Assembly: GCA_021816765.1 (NCBI GenBank)
Contig: JAKAXB010000007.1
Location: 51,489-115,488, forward strand
Direction: 5' to 3'
Length of the DNA stretch: 64,000 nt
Source of the DNA: Natronospirales bacterium
Lineage (GTDB): Bacteria > Pseudomonadota > Gammaproteobacteria > Natronospirales > REEB76
Shown here: piece by piece, positions 37,312 through 46,746 of the stretch
Position numbering within the stretch: the stretch's first letter is position 1
Layout: the number at the start of each line of letters is the position of its first letter
Made by a program: the position numbers and the translations under genes
Notes under the pieces: generated by a model
Told to the model about the DNA's origin: nothing
The model's database searches: none
The model's input: the letters and a program-made list of their open reading frames with translations, nothing else

Positions 37312-38676
37312 TCAGCCTGGATTTCCCGTCCGGCGGACGCGACCCAGCGAATGCCGCTGGTAGAACAGCCAGATGAAATACAGCGGCACACCCAGCAGCG
37401 TGATGAGAATGCTGGCGCCGGTGGAGACCGGCTGGTGGTAAAGGGAATTGCCCACCACTACGAAAGTGGCCAGCACGAACAGCGCGGGGATGAGCGGATA
37501 ACCCCATGCGCGGTAAGGCCGGGGGAAATCCGGCCGGCGCTTTCTCAGAATGAACAGGCCGATGACCGCCAATGCCAGGAACGGCCAGATGCCGAGCACA
37601 TACGCTACCGCCAGTTGCATGAAATCTCGCATCAGCACGTAGATGACGGCGATCACCACGATGAAGGCGATGGCGATGTAGGGTGTCTCGTAACGCGGGT
37701 GCACTCGGCCGACGGTGCGGAAAAACAGGCCGTCCTCCGCCATGGCGTAGAACACCCGCGGACTCGAGAGGATGCTGCCGTTCAGGGTACCGAACACCGA
37801 GAGCATCACCAGCGCGGCCACCAGCGAGGCGCCCGCGTGTCCCAGTACCACCGTGGCGGAATCCGCGGCCACGGATGTGGACGCGGCCAGGGCCGGAAGG
37901 GGTAGAGCCCGCAGATAGGCGGCGTTGATCAGGATATATACCACCAGCACCACGAGAGTGCCGCCGATGAGGGCCAGGGGCAGATTGCGTTGCGGGTTGC
38001 GCACCTCACCGGAGAGGGCGGTGAGATTCTCCCAACCGTCGTACGCCCAGAGGGCCGCCACCAGCCCGATGCCGATGCCCGGCCAGTTGGCTGCGCCCAG
38101 GGATTCCGTGTGTAACGGGTTATGAGCACCGCCCGGCGCCAGGATAAAAATCGCTGCGCTCAATCCCATGATGGCCAGCACCTTGGCGCCGGTGGAAAGG
38201 TTCTGGATCACGGCGCCGAGCTTCACCGAGCGATAATTGGCGGCGCTTACCAGCACGATCAGGGCGGCGGCGATGAGATGGATCACGCTGGCCGACAGGG
38301 GCACAAAAAAGCCCAGGTACTCGGCAAAGATCAGGCTTTGCGCCGCCCAGGAAATGGGCGTGGTCAGCAACCACATCCAGCCGAACAGGAAGGCCAGCGG
38401 TTTGCCATAGGCTTCCCGCAAGTAAACATAGGGCCCGCCCGCCTCGGGGTACATGGCCGCCAGTTCCGCCACCGACAGCGCGCCGAACAGGGCCACCAGG
38501 CCACCCAGCACCCACACCAGCGCGATGCCAGTGATGTTGCCGGTGACCGCGGCGATGGGCGAAGGCACGCGGAAAATGCCGCTGCCGATGATGACGCCCA
38601 CCACCACCGCCATGCCGGTCCAAAGACCGAGCTTGCGGGGCAATGTGCTTTTCTGAATCGGGCTGCTGTCTGACAT
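37312..38676 (-). CDS. APC family amino acid permease
   Basis: 12-TM pattern, with GSGIFRVP and AELAAMYPEAGGPYVY. Confidence 0.85.
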   Translation of the reverse strand: MSDSSPIQKSTLPRKLGLWTGMAVVVGVIIGSGIFRVPSPIAAVTGNITGIALVWVLGGLVALFGALSVAELAAMYPEAGGPYVYLREAYGKPLAFLFGWMWLLTTPISWAAQSLIFAEYLGFFVPLSASVIHLIAAALIVLVSAANYRSVKLGAVIQNLSTGAKVLAIMGLSAAIFILAPGGAHNPLHTESLGAANWPGIGIGLVAALWAYDGWENLTALSGEVRNPQRNLPLALIGGTLVVLVVYILINAAYLRALPLPALAASTSVAADSATVVLGHAGASLVAALVMLSVFGTLNGSILSSPRVFYAMAEDGLFFRTVGRVHPRYETPYIAIAFIVVIAVIYVLMRDFMQLAVAYVLGIWPFLALAVIGLFILRKRRPDFPRPYRAWGYPLIPALFVLATFVVVGNSLYHQPVSTGASILITLLGVPLYFIWLFYQRHSLGRVRRTGNPG

Positions 38677-38796
38677 GGTGGCGCAGCCTGCCATAGTCAC
38701 AGCGCGCCGTCACCTGCTCCCTGCGGCTGCCGAGGGCGGTCCAAACCGGTATATTTGAGTCCGCCGCCATCCATTGCGGCCATGCAGGAGACGCAC

Positions 38797-39195
38797 GTGA
38801 GCATGCAGATCATCGGAATCATGGTTGCCGCCGTGGTCATGTTCATCCTCGGCGGTATCTGGTATTCACCCATGCTGTTCGCCCAAGCCTGGTCGCGGGA
38901 AACCGGCATCACCGAACACAAGCCCACTCCCAAGAGCATGCTGCGTTTCTCCGGCGTACTCCTGATGCTTTTGCTGGTGAGCGCGGCGATCCTGGCCTGC
39001 ATCCTGGCGAATTGGCTACCGGGCCACAACTGGCGCCACGGCTTGGCAGTGGGATTTCTGGGCGGCGTGCTGGCGACAGCGGTTGCGGGCATGAATACGC
39101 TGTTCGAGCGCAAGAGCGTGAAACTTTTTCTCATCAACGCCGGTTACTACCTCATCGGTTTCTGCATCATGGGCCTGATTCTCCCGCTGTTTTGA
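38797..39195 (+). CDS. DUF1761 family membrane protein
   Basis: ORF 38755..39195. The GTG at 38797 lies 6 nt after AGGAG (alternative ATG at 38803). Contains GGIWYSPMLFAQAW. Confidence 0.6.
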   Translation: MSMQIIGIMVAAVVMFILGGIWYSPMLFAQAWSRETGITEHKPTPKSMLRFSGVLLMLLLVSAAILACILANWLPGHNWRHGLAVGFLGGVLATAVAGMNTLFERKSVKLFLINAGYYLIGFCIMGLILPLF

Positions 39196-39351
39196 GGTAT
39201 GCATGCCGCTGGATGTATATGACACGCCGTATTTTTACGCGACTCCCTGGCCGTATCCGGGCGCTACATTGTTGCCGGTCCTGCAACCACCGGCGGCGTG
39301 CTGCGTGCTGCTGAACTCGTCCCTGAGCCGGATGCCGGTGAGGAATTGAGC

Positions 39352-39780
39352 GTGATTCTCAAGGGCCAGTGTCATTGCAGCAATATTCAAATCACCTTTG
39401 AAACGGCGCAGCTGCCCGGGCAGCTGCCGCTGCGCGCCTGCCAATGCGCCTTTTGCCGCGCACACGGGGCGGTGACCGCCGCCGATCCCTCGGGAAAGCT
39501 CGCTGTCCATGTCCTGGATCCGCGGATGCTGACGCGCTACCGTTTCGGTTCCGGCATCACGGATTTTCTGATCTGCAGCCGTTGCGGCGTGTATGTGGCG
39601 GCGACCCTGGAAGCAGACGGTGCGCTTTACGGGACACTGAACGTCAACGTGCTTGCGGAACGCGCGCGACTGACGGTCGCGCCCCAGCCGATGGACTATG
39701 GCCTTGAAACCGCCGCCGCGCGCGTCTCCCGCCGCCAGCAACGCTGGACGCCCGTAGTGTGGCAGCGATCACGCACATAA
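39352..39780 (+). CDS. GFA (CENP-V/glutathione-dependent formaldehyde-activating) family protein
   Basis: GQCHCSNI...CQCAFCRAHG...CSRCGVY zinc-cysteine pattern. GTG at 39352 after GAGGA. Confidence 0.7.
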   Translation: MILKGQCHCSNIQITFETAQLPGQLPLRACQCAFCRAHGAVTAADPSGKLAVHVLDPRMLTRYRFGSGITDFLICSRCGVYVAATLEADGALYGTLNVNVLAERARLTVAPQPMDYGLETAAARVSRRQQRWTPVVWQRSRT

Positions 39781-39797
39781 AAAGCTTTCTGAATCAA

Positions 39798-40739
39798 TCA
39801 AAAAAGAAATCCCGCACCCACGCCAAAATAATGTGACCAGCCGCCCAAGTTACCCGAGATCCGTTGGCCGATCTCCGCATCCACCTCAAAACGGGGAGTG
39901 ATGAGATATTGGACGCCCCCATCGGCGTCGTACCCCGCGCCCTGTCCCGGGCCCGTGTGATTCTGTCCATAGGCCTCCAGATAAAACTGGAAGTTCTGGG
40001 TGGTTTCCCAGGTGAGCACCAGGTCCGGATTCACGCTCCAGTAGTACGCGCCTCCTTGCAGGTTGGTGGGCAGGGCCAAGTGCGTCACCCCGAGCATCAG
40101 GGTCAAGGCGACCGAGGAAGTGAGGCTGTAGCCGACGATGCCATTGACCGCATAACCCGTGGCGGCTGAGCCATAAGTGGGGCTGCCGGAGGGGAGTGTA
40201 AAGAGAGTCTCACCCGCCCAGATCCAGCGAGCGTTGTAGCCAAATTCGTGCTTGATCCCCACGACCGAAGCACTTCCCCCCGTGATGGTCTGACTGCCTC
40301 CGCCGGGCATGGGTGTCACCTGACGGTTGATGTTGGGAGGAAGAAAGACGAATTCATTCTGGTCAGGCAGGCCGAACCGCAGTTCCCCTTGCGGGTATCC
40401 CAATGCATGTCCGCTCTGGCCCAAGAGCGTGTACCGGGCCCATCCGGTCTCCAGGACCGCATAACCGGGTTTCACCACACAGGCACTGTCTCCCACGGTG
40501 GGGCGATCCAGCAGGTCAAGGAGCGCATCAGGCCCCGCGCACGGATCGGAGATGCCCGACAGCGAGCCCTTGGCCCAGACGGGGACCATCATGCCCATAC
40601 CCAGGACCAGCAACAGCACAGACCATAACGCAGGCCGATTACCGGGACCAGCGCTGTTCAACGGCATGCGGTTGTCGTCCGGTGCGTGAATGGCAACCGG
40701 CAGCGGATGCAACGGAAGGGCAGCAAGTTTCTTTTTCAT
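39798..40739 (-). CDS. outer-membrane beta-barrel channel (MetA/phenol-degradation-pathway-like transporter family)
   Basis: LDRPTVGDSACVVKPGYAVLETGW, a beta-strand pattern and the C-terminal GVGAGFLF. The ATG at 40739 overlaps the cytochrome b stop (ATGA). An alternative start at 40667 gives a cleaner signal peptide. Confidence 0.65.
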   Translation of the reverse strand: MKKKLAALPLHPLPVAIHAPDDNRMPLNSAGPGNRPALWSVLLLVLGMGMMVPVWAKGSLSGISDPCAGPDALLDLLDRPTVGDSACVVKPGYAVLETGWARYTLLGQSGHALGYPQGELRFGLPDQNEFVFLPPNINRQVTPMPGGGSQTITGGSASVVGIKHEFGYNARWIWAGETLFTLPSGSPTYGSAATGYAVNGIVGYSLTSSVALTLMLGVTHLALPTNLQGGAYYWSVNPDLVLTWETTQNFQFYLEAYGQNHTGPGQGAGYDADGGVQYLITPRFEVDAEIGQRISGNLGGWSHYFGVGAGFLF

Positions 40740-42172
40740 TTGAACGTCACTCTGTTTGGGACCGGCTTGGGCTCATTCAGCACGGGAAAAGCCGCCGGCA
40801 ACAATAGGAAAATGAAACAATAGGTTCCCGGCAGGAGCCAGCTCGCCAGCTTGAGGGTGGCCTCACCGGGAACCCACGTGAGTTTATCCGAGAGACTGAT
40901 GATCGCCATGATTACACTGAAGGCCATTGCAAGATATCTGCGGGAACGCGGCCGGGAGTATATCCACGAGATTACAAAAAACAAAAAATATAACTCTGCG
41001 ATGCGCTGGCCGATCTCCGCCCAAAACGGACTGGCCGGTTGCATGCCGATGTAACCCAAAGCAATGAAGCTCAGGCCGAAGCATATCACCAGGCCGCGGT
41101 AGGCGAGACCACGGTAACGCAACGATTTAACGGGATTACGATCTATCCAGGGTAACAAAAACGGCAAGAGGATGGACAGCGCCAACGAGGTCACTCCCAA
41201 GCTTTTGTTCGGGATGGAGCGCAGGATGGCGAAGAACGGCCCGAAGTACCACAGTGGACGGATATCTGACGGCGTGTGCATCCCATTTGCCGGCACGGAA
41301 TTTGCTGGCTCCAGGAACAGGCCATGCAGACCGGGCGAGAAAAAGATGATGGCCGCAAAGATCGCCAGAAACACGGTCACCCCGACGATGTCCTTGATGG
41401 TGTAGTACGGATGGAACGGGATGCCGTCCAGCGGAATGCCGTTGGCGTCCTTGTGTTTCTTGATCTCCACCCCATCCGGATTGTTGGAACCCACTTCATG
41501 CAGCGCAATCAGGTGGAACACCACCAAGCCGATGAGTACCAGCGGCACCGCCACGATGTGCAGTGCGAAGAAACGGTTGAGGGTGATGCCGGAGACCGCA
41601 TAGTCGCCGCGGATCCACTGCTCCAGTCCGTGACCGATGCCGGGAATGACGCCGAACAGTGAAATGATCACTTGGGCCCCCCAGTAGGACATCTGTCCCC
41701 AGGGCAGCAGGTAGCCTGTAAAGGCTTCGGCCATGAGTGCCACATAAATCAGCATCCCGAAAATCCACAGCAGTTCCCGTGGCTTCTTGTAGGAGCCGTA
41801 GATCACCCCGCGGAACATGTGCAGGTACACCACCACGAAGAACAGGGAGGCGCCGACAACATGCATGTAGCGGATCAACCAACCCCAGTTCACATCGCGC
41901 ATGATGTACTGCACTGAGGCAAACGCCTCCGTGGCTGAGGGCTGGTAGTTCATGGTAAGGAAGATGCCCGTGACCACCTGGTTGACCAGGATCAGCAACG
42001 CGAGGGAACCGAAGAAATACCAGAAGTTGAAGTTCTTGGGGGCGTAGTACTGGGCCACCTGCTCGTTCCAGAACTTGCTCATGGGGAAACGCGCGTCAAT
42101 CCAGCCGCGCAACTGGTGCAGCCACCCGCCCGTGATGTCGAGAAAATCACGCGTTTCCGTTTTATTTTTCAT
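40736..42172 (-). CDS. cytochrome b (bc1-type) with C-terminal extension, no adjacent Rieske or c1 genes
   Basis: Heme-ligand pairs RYMHVVGASLFFVVVYLHMF and ALHIVAVPLVLIGLVVFHL. Also has LPWGQMSYWGAQV and FFAILRSIPNK. The Qo motif reads PLWY instead of PEWY. Confidence 0.85.
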   Translation of the reverse strand: MKNKTETRDFLDITGGWLHQLRGWIDARFPMSKFWNEQVAQYYAPKNFNFWYFFGSLALLILVNQVVTGIFLTMNYQPSATEAFASVQYIMRDVNWGWLIRYMHVVGASLFFVVVYLHMFRGVIYGSYKKPRELLWIFGMLIYVALMAEAFTGYLLPWGQMSYWGAQVIISLFGVIPGIGHGLEQWIRGDYAVSGITLNRFFALHIVAVPLVLIGLVVFHLIALHEVGSNNPDGVEIKKHKDANGIPLDGIPFHPYYTIKDIVGVTVFLAIFAAIIFFSPGLHGLFLEPANSVPANGMHTPSDIRPLWYFGPFFAILRSIPNKSLGVTSLALSILLPFLLPWIDRNPVKSLRYRGLAYRGLVICFGLSFIALGYIGMQPASPFWAEIGQRIAELYFLFFVISWIYSRPRSRRYLAMAFSVIMAIISLSDKLTWVPGEATLKLASWLLPGTYCFIFLLLPAAFPVLNEPKPVPNRVTFK

Positions 42173-42215
42173 CACCTGGCCCCTGCTTGTTTTCATCCGC
42201 GACCATTGCAATCGT

Positions 42216-43415
42216 TCAGAGCCATGTCGGGTGCAGCCAGTAATACCCGGCCAATCCCAGCAGGGCTCCCACGGTCACAATGCTGACTTCGGGCAGCTTG
42301 GGCCATTTGAGAATTACCGCCATGCTGGTCATGGCAATAACACCTGTCAGTACATCCCCGATGGCGGCGGTGGCAATTAAAATGCCGGTGCCAAACAGCA
42401 CACCCACCACGGCGGAAATAATCCCTTGCAGAAATCCCTGCAGACAGCGGTTGGTACGGTAGCGCTTCAGCAGCGGTGCGGCCACGATCGTCAACAGCAC
42501 CGACGGTGCGAACATCCCCACCGTTGCGGCCAGGCCGCCTTGGAAGCCGTTGAGCACATAGCCGACAAACGTGGCGGTGATGACCACGGGGCCGGGCGTG
42601 ATCATGCCGATGGCCACGGCGTCAATGAATTGACGATTCGTCAGCCAGTGGTATTGATCCACGACGTAGACCTTGAGAAACGGGGCGATGACCAGACCGC
42701 TGCCAAACACCAGAAATCCGGTCTTGAAGAAAAACACGAATAATTTTCCGGTGGTACTGCTCAGCCAGGCACCCGGCAGGGCCAGCCAACCCACACGGGT
42801 TGACGGCGTAGTCCCGGACGATGTGCTTGGGAGCGGAGGGCGGGGACCGGCAAATACCAGACAGCCCAGCAGGCCCGCAATCACGAACAGGCTGATGAGC
42901 TCCTGTTTGAAGGCGAGGGTGATGACCGCTGCAACCACGGCGAACAGCCAGGCGAGCCGCCGGTTCTTGAGGGTTTTGCGGCCCAGTTGCCAGCAGGCCT
43001 TCAAGATGAGTGCGACGATCACCGGTGCCACCCCGTAAAAGATGGCTTTGACCTCCCAGGCGCCGGCGAAGCGCATATACAGCGCGGCGGCGGCCGTCAC
43101 GATGAGGAAGGGCGCGAGAGCAAACGCCGCGGCAACCGCCAGCGCACCGCGGATCCGGAAGCGGATATAGCCGCAATAAACCCCCAATTGATAAGCCAGG
43201 GGACCGGGACAGGCGGTGGCGAGCGCCAGACCGTCTTCATATTCGGTCTCCGTGAGCCAGCCGCGTTCCTCCACCAGATCCCCCCGCATGTGCTGGGCCA
43301 AAACCACGGGACCGCCGAATCCCAATGCCCCCAACCGCAGGAAATAGCGAGACATTTGCCACAGGGTTACCCTGCCCTGGAGTCCGTCGAGGCTGGGATC
43401 AGTGCGGGTAGGCAT
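42216..43415 (-). CDS. chrA: chromate transporter ChrA
   Basis: GALGFGGPVVLAQHM...TACPGPLAYQ and a second CHR half ...GMITPGPVVITATFVGY. Confidence 0.9.
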   Translation of the reverse strand: MPTRTDPSLDGLQGRVTLWQMSRYFLRLGALGFGGPVVLAQHMRGDLVEERGWLTETEYEDGLALATACPGPLAYQLGVYCGYIRFRIRGALAVAAAFALAPFLIVTAAAALYMRFAGAWEVKAIFYGVAPVIVALILKACWQLGRKTLKNRRLAWLFAVVAAVITLAFKQELISLFVIAGLLGCLVFAGPRPPLPSTSSGTTPSTRVGWLALPGAWLSSTTGKLFVFFFKTGFLVFGSGLVIAPFLKVYVVDQYHWLTNRQFIDAVAIGMITPGPVVITATFVGYVLNGFQGGLAATVGMFAPSVLLTIVAAPLLKRYRTNRCLQGFLQGIISAVVGVLFGTGILIATAAIGDVLTGVIAMTSMAVILKWPKLPEVSIVTVGALLGLAGYYWLHPTWL

Positions 43416-43450
43416 GCACGTCTGCCTTGGGGTTCCAAAGAATTGAATTA

Positions 43451-43473
43451 ATCATTACATATATGTATCATTA
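43451..43473. promoter_or_regulatory. AT-rich chrA/chrB divergent control region with palindrome TACATATATGTA and direct repeat ATCATTA-N9-ATCATTA
   Basis: Seen directly: the 12-bp perfect palindrome at 43456-43467, and ATCATTA at 43451-43457 and 43467-43473. It lies 6 nt upstream of the chrB ATG. Confidence 0.3.
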
Positions 43474-43478
43474 GTTAC

Positions 43479-44450
43479 ATGAAAGATACAAGCGCTTGGC
43501 TGACCCTGATTACCAGCCTGCCCGGCCAAAACACGGCCGCCCGCGTGCGGGTATGGCGTGCACTCAAGGCTTCCGGCGCCGCTGCGTTGCGCGATGGGGT
43601 ATACCTTCTGCCCCGAACGCTGCAGAGCGAGACCGTTTTCCGAGAGCAGGTACAGGAGATTGAGGCCGCTGGGGGAACAGCCTACGTCGCCGAATACCAT
43701 CCCCTGGATGATAGGGAGCAGGGCGGGGATCTGAAGCGTTTCTTTGACCGCACGTCGGAGTATGCCGACCTTCTTCACGGGCTGGACGCCTTCAAACGCG
43801 AATTGGTCTCGGCATCGGAAGTGGAGGCACGCCGCGCCATTGCCGTGCTGCGCCGCGAGTTTGCCGCGGTGATGGAGACGGATTTTTTCCCCGGTCCTTC
43901 CCAGGCCCAAGTCGAGCAGGCCTTGGCGGATGCCGAGGCCGCTCTCAATGCACGTTTCTCACCGGATGAACCGCATGCCGCACCGGGAGCGCTGCGCCGG
44001 CACGCGCCAACGGATTACCAGGGCAAGACCTGGGCGACGAGGGCTCATCTCTGGATTGATCGCGTCGCGTCCGCCTGGCTGATCCGCCGTTTTATTGATC
44101 CGCAGGGATGCTTCCTCTGGCTCCAGGATGTCACCCGGCGGCCAGAGAATGTCATCGGGTTCGACTTCGATGGGGCCGAATTCAGCCACGTGGGTACGCG
44201 CGTCACCTTCGAAGTCCTGGCGTTCAGTTTCGGGCTCGAAAACGATCCGGTGATCGCGCGGCTCAGTGGCATGGTGCATTACCTGGATGTGGGGGGCGTG
44301 CCCGTCCCCGAGGCCGCGGGCTTCGCGGCCATCATGGCCGGGGCGCGGGCCCAAGCCGTAGATGACGATGAGTTACTCGCGGAGATCAGCAAGACACTGG
44401 ATTACCTTTATACCGCGTACTCCGAAGACCAGCCCGCCCCTCGTGCATGA
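43479..44450 (+). CDS. chrB: chromate resistance regulator ChrB
   Basis: LITSLPGQNTAARVRVWRALKASGAAALRDGVYLLP (ChrB N-terminal domain) and WATRAHLWIDRVASAWLIRRFIDP (ChrB C-terminal domain). Confidence 0.85.
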   Translation: MKDTSAWLTLITSLPGQNTAARVRVWRALKASGAAALRDGVYLLPRTLQSETVFREQVQEIEAAGGTAYVAEYHPLDDREQGGDLKRFFDRTSEYADLLHGLDAFKRELVSASEVEARRAIAVLRREFAAVMETDFFPGPSQAQVEQALADAEAALNARFSPDEPHAAPGALRRHAPTDYQGKTWATRAHLWIDRVASAWLIRRFIDPQGCFLWLQDVTRRPENVIGFDFDGAEFSHVGTRVTFEVLAFSFGLENDPVIARLSGMVHYLDVGGVPVPEAAGFAAIMAGARAQAVDDDELLAEISKTLDYLYTAYSEDQPAPRA

Positions 44451-44594
44451 GGAGGACATCGCGGTAATGAAATCCCACCATGGGAACGAGCGGGTACCCA
44501 TCGGGTTTGAGAATGGATATGCCGCTCCGCTGCAGATGAGGGAAAGGACGCCGGAATATTGTGCCTGATTAACTAAAAGTGAGGAGATAATGTT

Positions 44595-45119
44595 ATGTAT
44601 CACAATACACAGACCCAAAAACTCTCGATGCACACGCTTTGGGAGCATTCCAGAATGTTTTTGCATCCCCGTCACTTGATTGCCAGCGGAGTTCTTGGCG
44701 CCGCCGTGGCGGGTTTGGCATTTTCCGGTTCTTTGCCGGCTTACGCGGGGACGGCGATAGCCCACAGGTCCGCTCCACGGGTGCATATCTACGTCCAGAC
44801 CGTGGTATGGGCCTCAAAAAAGAATGGCGCCGTGCCGGCTTGGAAAAAGTTCGGTGATGCCTACGGTTTCGCCCCCGCCACCATTATCGTGCGTCAGGGC
44901 GATGAGGTCACATTGACCTTCCGGAACCTGCAGGCGGGGGCCCATGATTTACACACTTTTACCTTGCCGGCCTACGGCATCAGCCGCACGCTGCCGCGCC
45001 TGAGCACGGTGAACGTGACCTTTTACGCTGACAAGGCGGGGGAATTTCCCTTTCATTGCGACTACCACAGACCGTGGATGTCCGGCGAATTGGTCGTGCT
45101 GCCGGCGCATGGCGCTTGA
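44595..45119 (+). CDS. cupredoxin domain protein (type 1 copper site)
   Basis: ATG at 44595, 8 nt after GAGGAG. Has a signal-like hydrophobic segment. Ligand pattern HDLHTF ... FHCDYHRPWMSG. Confidence 0.7.
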   Translation: MYHNTQTQKLSMHTLWEHSRMFLHPRHLIASGVLGAAVAGLAFSGSLPAYAGTAIAHRSAPRVHIYVQTVVWASKKNGAVPAWKKFGDAYGFAPATIIVRQGDEVTLTFRNLQAGAHDLHTFTLPAYGISRTLPRLSTVNVTFYADKAGEFPFHCDYHRPWMSGELVVLPAHGA

Positions 45120-45191
45120 GTTGAGATTCAGTAAACCGCAAACCGCCATTGACAAGTGAGTGCCGGGTGCACCCGCCCCGGGGAATATGCA

Positions 45192-45647
45192 ATGAAATGG
45201 GTGACACGCGAACGCCCCAAGATCGACAGGATCGCCTGTCCATGGCTGATCGCCCGGTTCATTGATCAGGCACCGGAGTTTCTCTATGTGCCTGCGGTTC
45301 GGGTATTGAGCGTGGCGGCGGCACAAAATGCGGTTCCCTATGACATTCCCGGTGTGGAGTTGTCTCATGCGGGAGAGTTCTGCAGCTTCGATGCCTTTCT
45401 GAAAAAGTACGGCCTGCAGGAACCCGCGCTGCGGGAACTTGCCGTGATCGTGCGCGGGGCCGATACCGGGCGGCTGGGGCTGGCTTCCCAGGCGTCCGGC
45501 CTCTTGGCCCTGTCACTCGGCCTGTCGCATATTTTTCCGGATGATCACACGATGCTGCAGCACGGAATGGTGTGCTATGACGCCCTCTATGCCTGGTGCC
45601 GATCCCTGCAGGATGAAACTCATGGCTGGCCGCCCGCGATGCACTGA
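45192..45647 (+). CDS. ChrB C-terminal-domain-only protein (ChrF-like)
   Basis: MKWVTRERPKIDRIACPWLIARFID... parallels the ChrB C-terminal domain at 43479..44450. Confidence 0.7.
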   Translation: MKWVTRERPKIDRIACPWLIARFIDQAPEFLYVPAVRVLSVAAAQNAVPYDIPGVELSHAGEFCSFDAFLKKYGLQEPALRELAVIVRGADTGRLGLASQASGLLALSLGLSHIFPDDHTMLQHGMVCYDALYAWCRSLQDETHGWPPAMH

Positions 45648-45708
45648 ATTCCGGTGGCGCCCGTCCACAGCCAGCACTCGGTCGGAGATCCGGTATCCGT
45701 TACCACCC

Positions 45709-46746
45709 ATGAAACGTTATTGGTTCGCACTGTTGACGTTGGTTCTGGCCACGCCGTGGGCCATGGCCGGTACTCCGGCCCTGCCACTGGTTACCCGGTT
45801 GCAGATTCCACTGCCGGGCCGCCCCACGCGGTTCGACTATCAGACTCAGGACGTTCCTCTCGGACGCCTTTTCATCTCCCATATGGGGGATGGTACGGTG
45901 CTGGTCTTCGATACCAATACGGATAGAGTGATGGCCAACCTCAAGGGGTTCCCGGGTGATACGGGCATCACCGCGGTGCCTTCTATCAACAGGGTGTATG
46001 TCAGTGTGACCGGCACTTGGCTGCGGCGAGCACTGGGGGAGGGACAGATTGCGGTTCTGGATGCCAAGACCCTCAAGCTGATCGCGCGCGTACCGGCCGG
46101 CATGTTCCCCGACGGCAGTGCCTATGTGCCGGCGCTGCATCGGCTGTATGTATCCGATGAATTCGGGGGAACGGAAACCGTAATTGACACCCAAACGAAC
46201 CGCCGCATCGCTACCATCCCGCTGGGCGGTTCGGCCGGAATGAGCGCCTATGATCCGGTGTCGGGCACTATCTTTGTCAACGTGCAGTCCCGACGTCGGC
46301 TGGACGCAATCAATCCACAAACGGACCGGATTACGGAGCAGATTCCGCTGCCGATGGTTTGTGAGCATAATCATGGATTGCTGCTCTATCCCAGTCAGCG
46401 CTTCGCTTTTATCGCCTGTGATCACAATGCGCGGCTGCTGGCTATGAATCTTAGCAACATGCAGGTGACTGAAGTCCATAGGGTCGGACGTGAGCCCGAT
46501 GTCTTGGCCATGGACCTGCCGAGAAAGCGATTGTATGTTGCGAGCGAGAGCGGAGTGGTGTCGGTGTTTCATATCACCCGGGATGGATTACGCAAGCTTG
46601 GGCAGGGATATGTCGGTGATGATGCCCATTCCATTGCGGTCGATCCGGCGACGGGATTGGTTTATCTTCCCATCGAAGATTTTCATGGCAAACCCGTCCT
46701 GAAAATCATGCGTTATCAGATCACTGGCTCCACTGGCGGTAAGTGA
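45709..46746 (+). CDS. secreted YncE/YVTN-like beta-propeller protein
   Basis: Signal peptide ending AMA. Repeated blades (RLFISHMGDGTVLVFD, RVYVSV, RLYVSDEFGGTETVIDT, TIFVNV, RLYVASESGVVSVF, LVYLP). Confidence 0.65.
   Translation: MKRYWFALLTLVLATPWAMAGTPALPLVTRLQIPLPGRPTRFDYQTQDVPLGRLFISHMGDGTVLVFDTNTDRVMANLKGFPGDTGITAVPSINRVYVSVTGTWLRRALGEGQIAVLDAKTLKLIARVPAGMFPDGSAYVPALHRLYVSDEFGGTETVIDTQTNRRIATIPLGGSAGMSAYDPVSGTIFVNVQSRRRLDAINPQTDRITEQIPLPMVCEHNHGLLLYPSQRFAFIACDHNARLLAMNLSNMQVTEVHRVGREPDVLAMDLPRKRLYVASESGVVSVFHITRDGLRKLGQGYVGDDAHSIAVDPATGLVYLPIEDFHGKPVLKIMRYQITGSTGGK

Noticed and set aside
44467-44568. 33-codon ORF (MKSHHGNERVPIGFENGYAAPLQMRERTPEYCA) just after chrB, with GAGGAGG 11 nt upstream.
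   Set aside because: The SD spacing is long, the peptide has no hydrophobic or Cys-rich character, and I can judge neither homology nor conservation. It is probably chance.
44595-44700. Possible Tat signal in the cupredoxin N-terminus (HSRMFLHPRHL followed by a hydrophobic stretch).
   Set aside because: The twin-arginine pair is absent (R-M instead of R-R). It is more simply a Sec-type signal or a mis-chosen start (alternative ATG at 44655).
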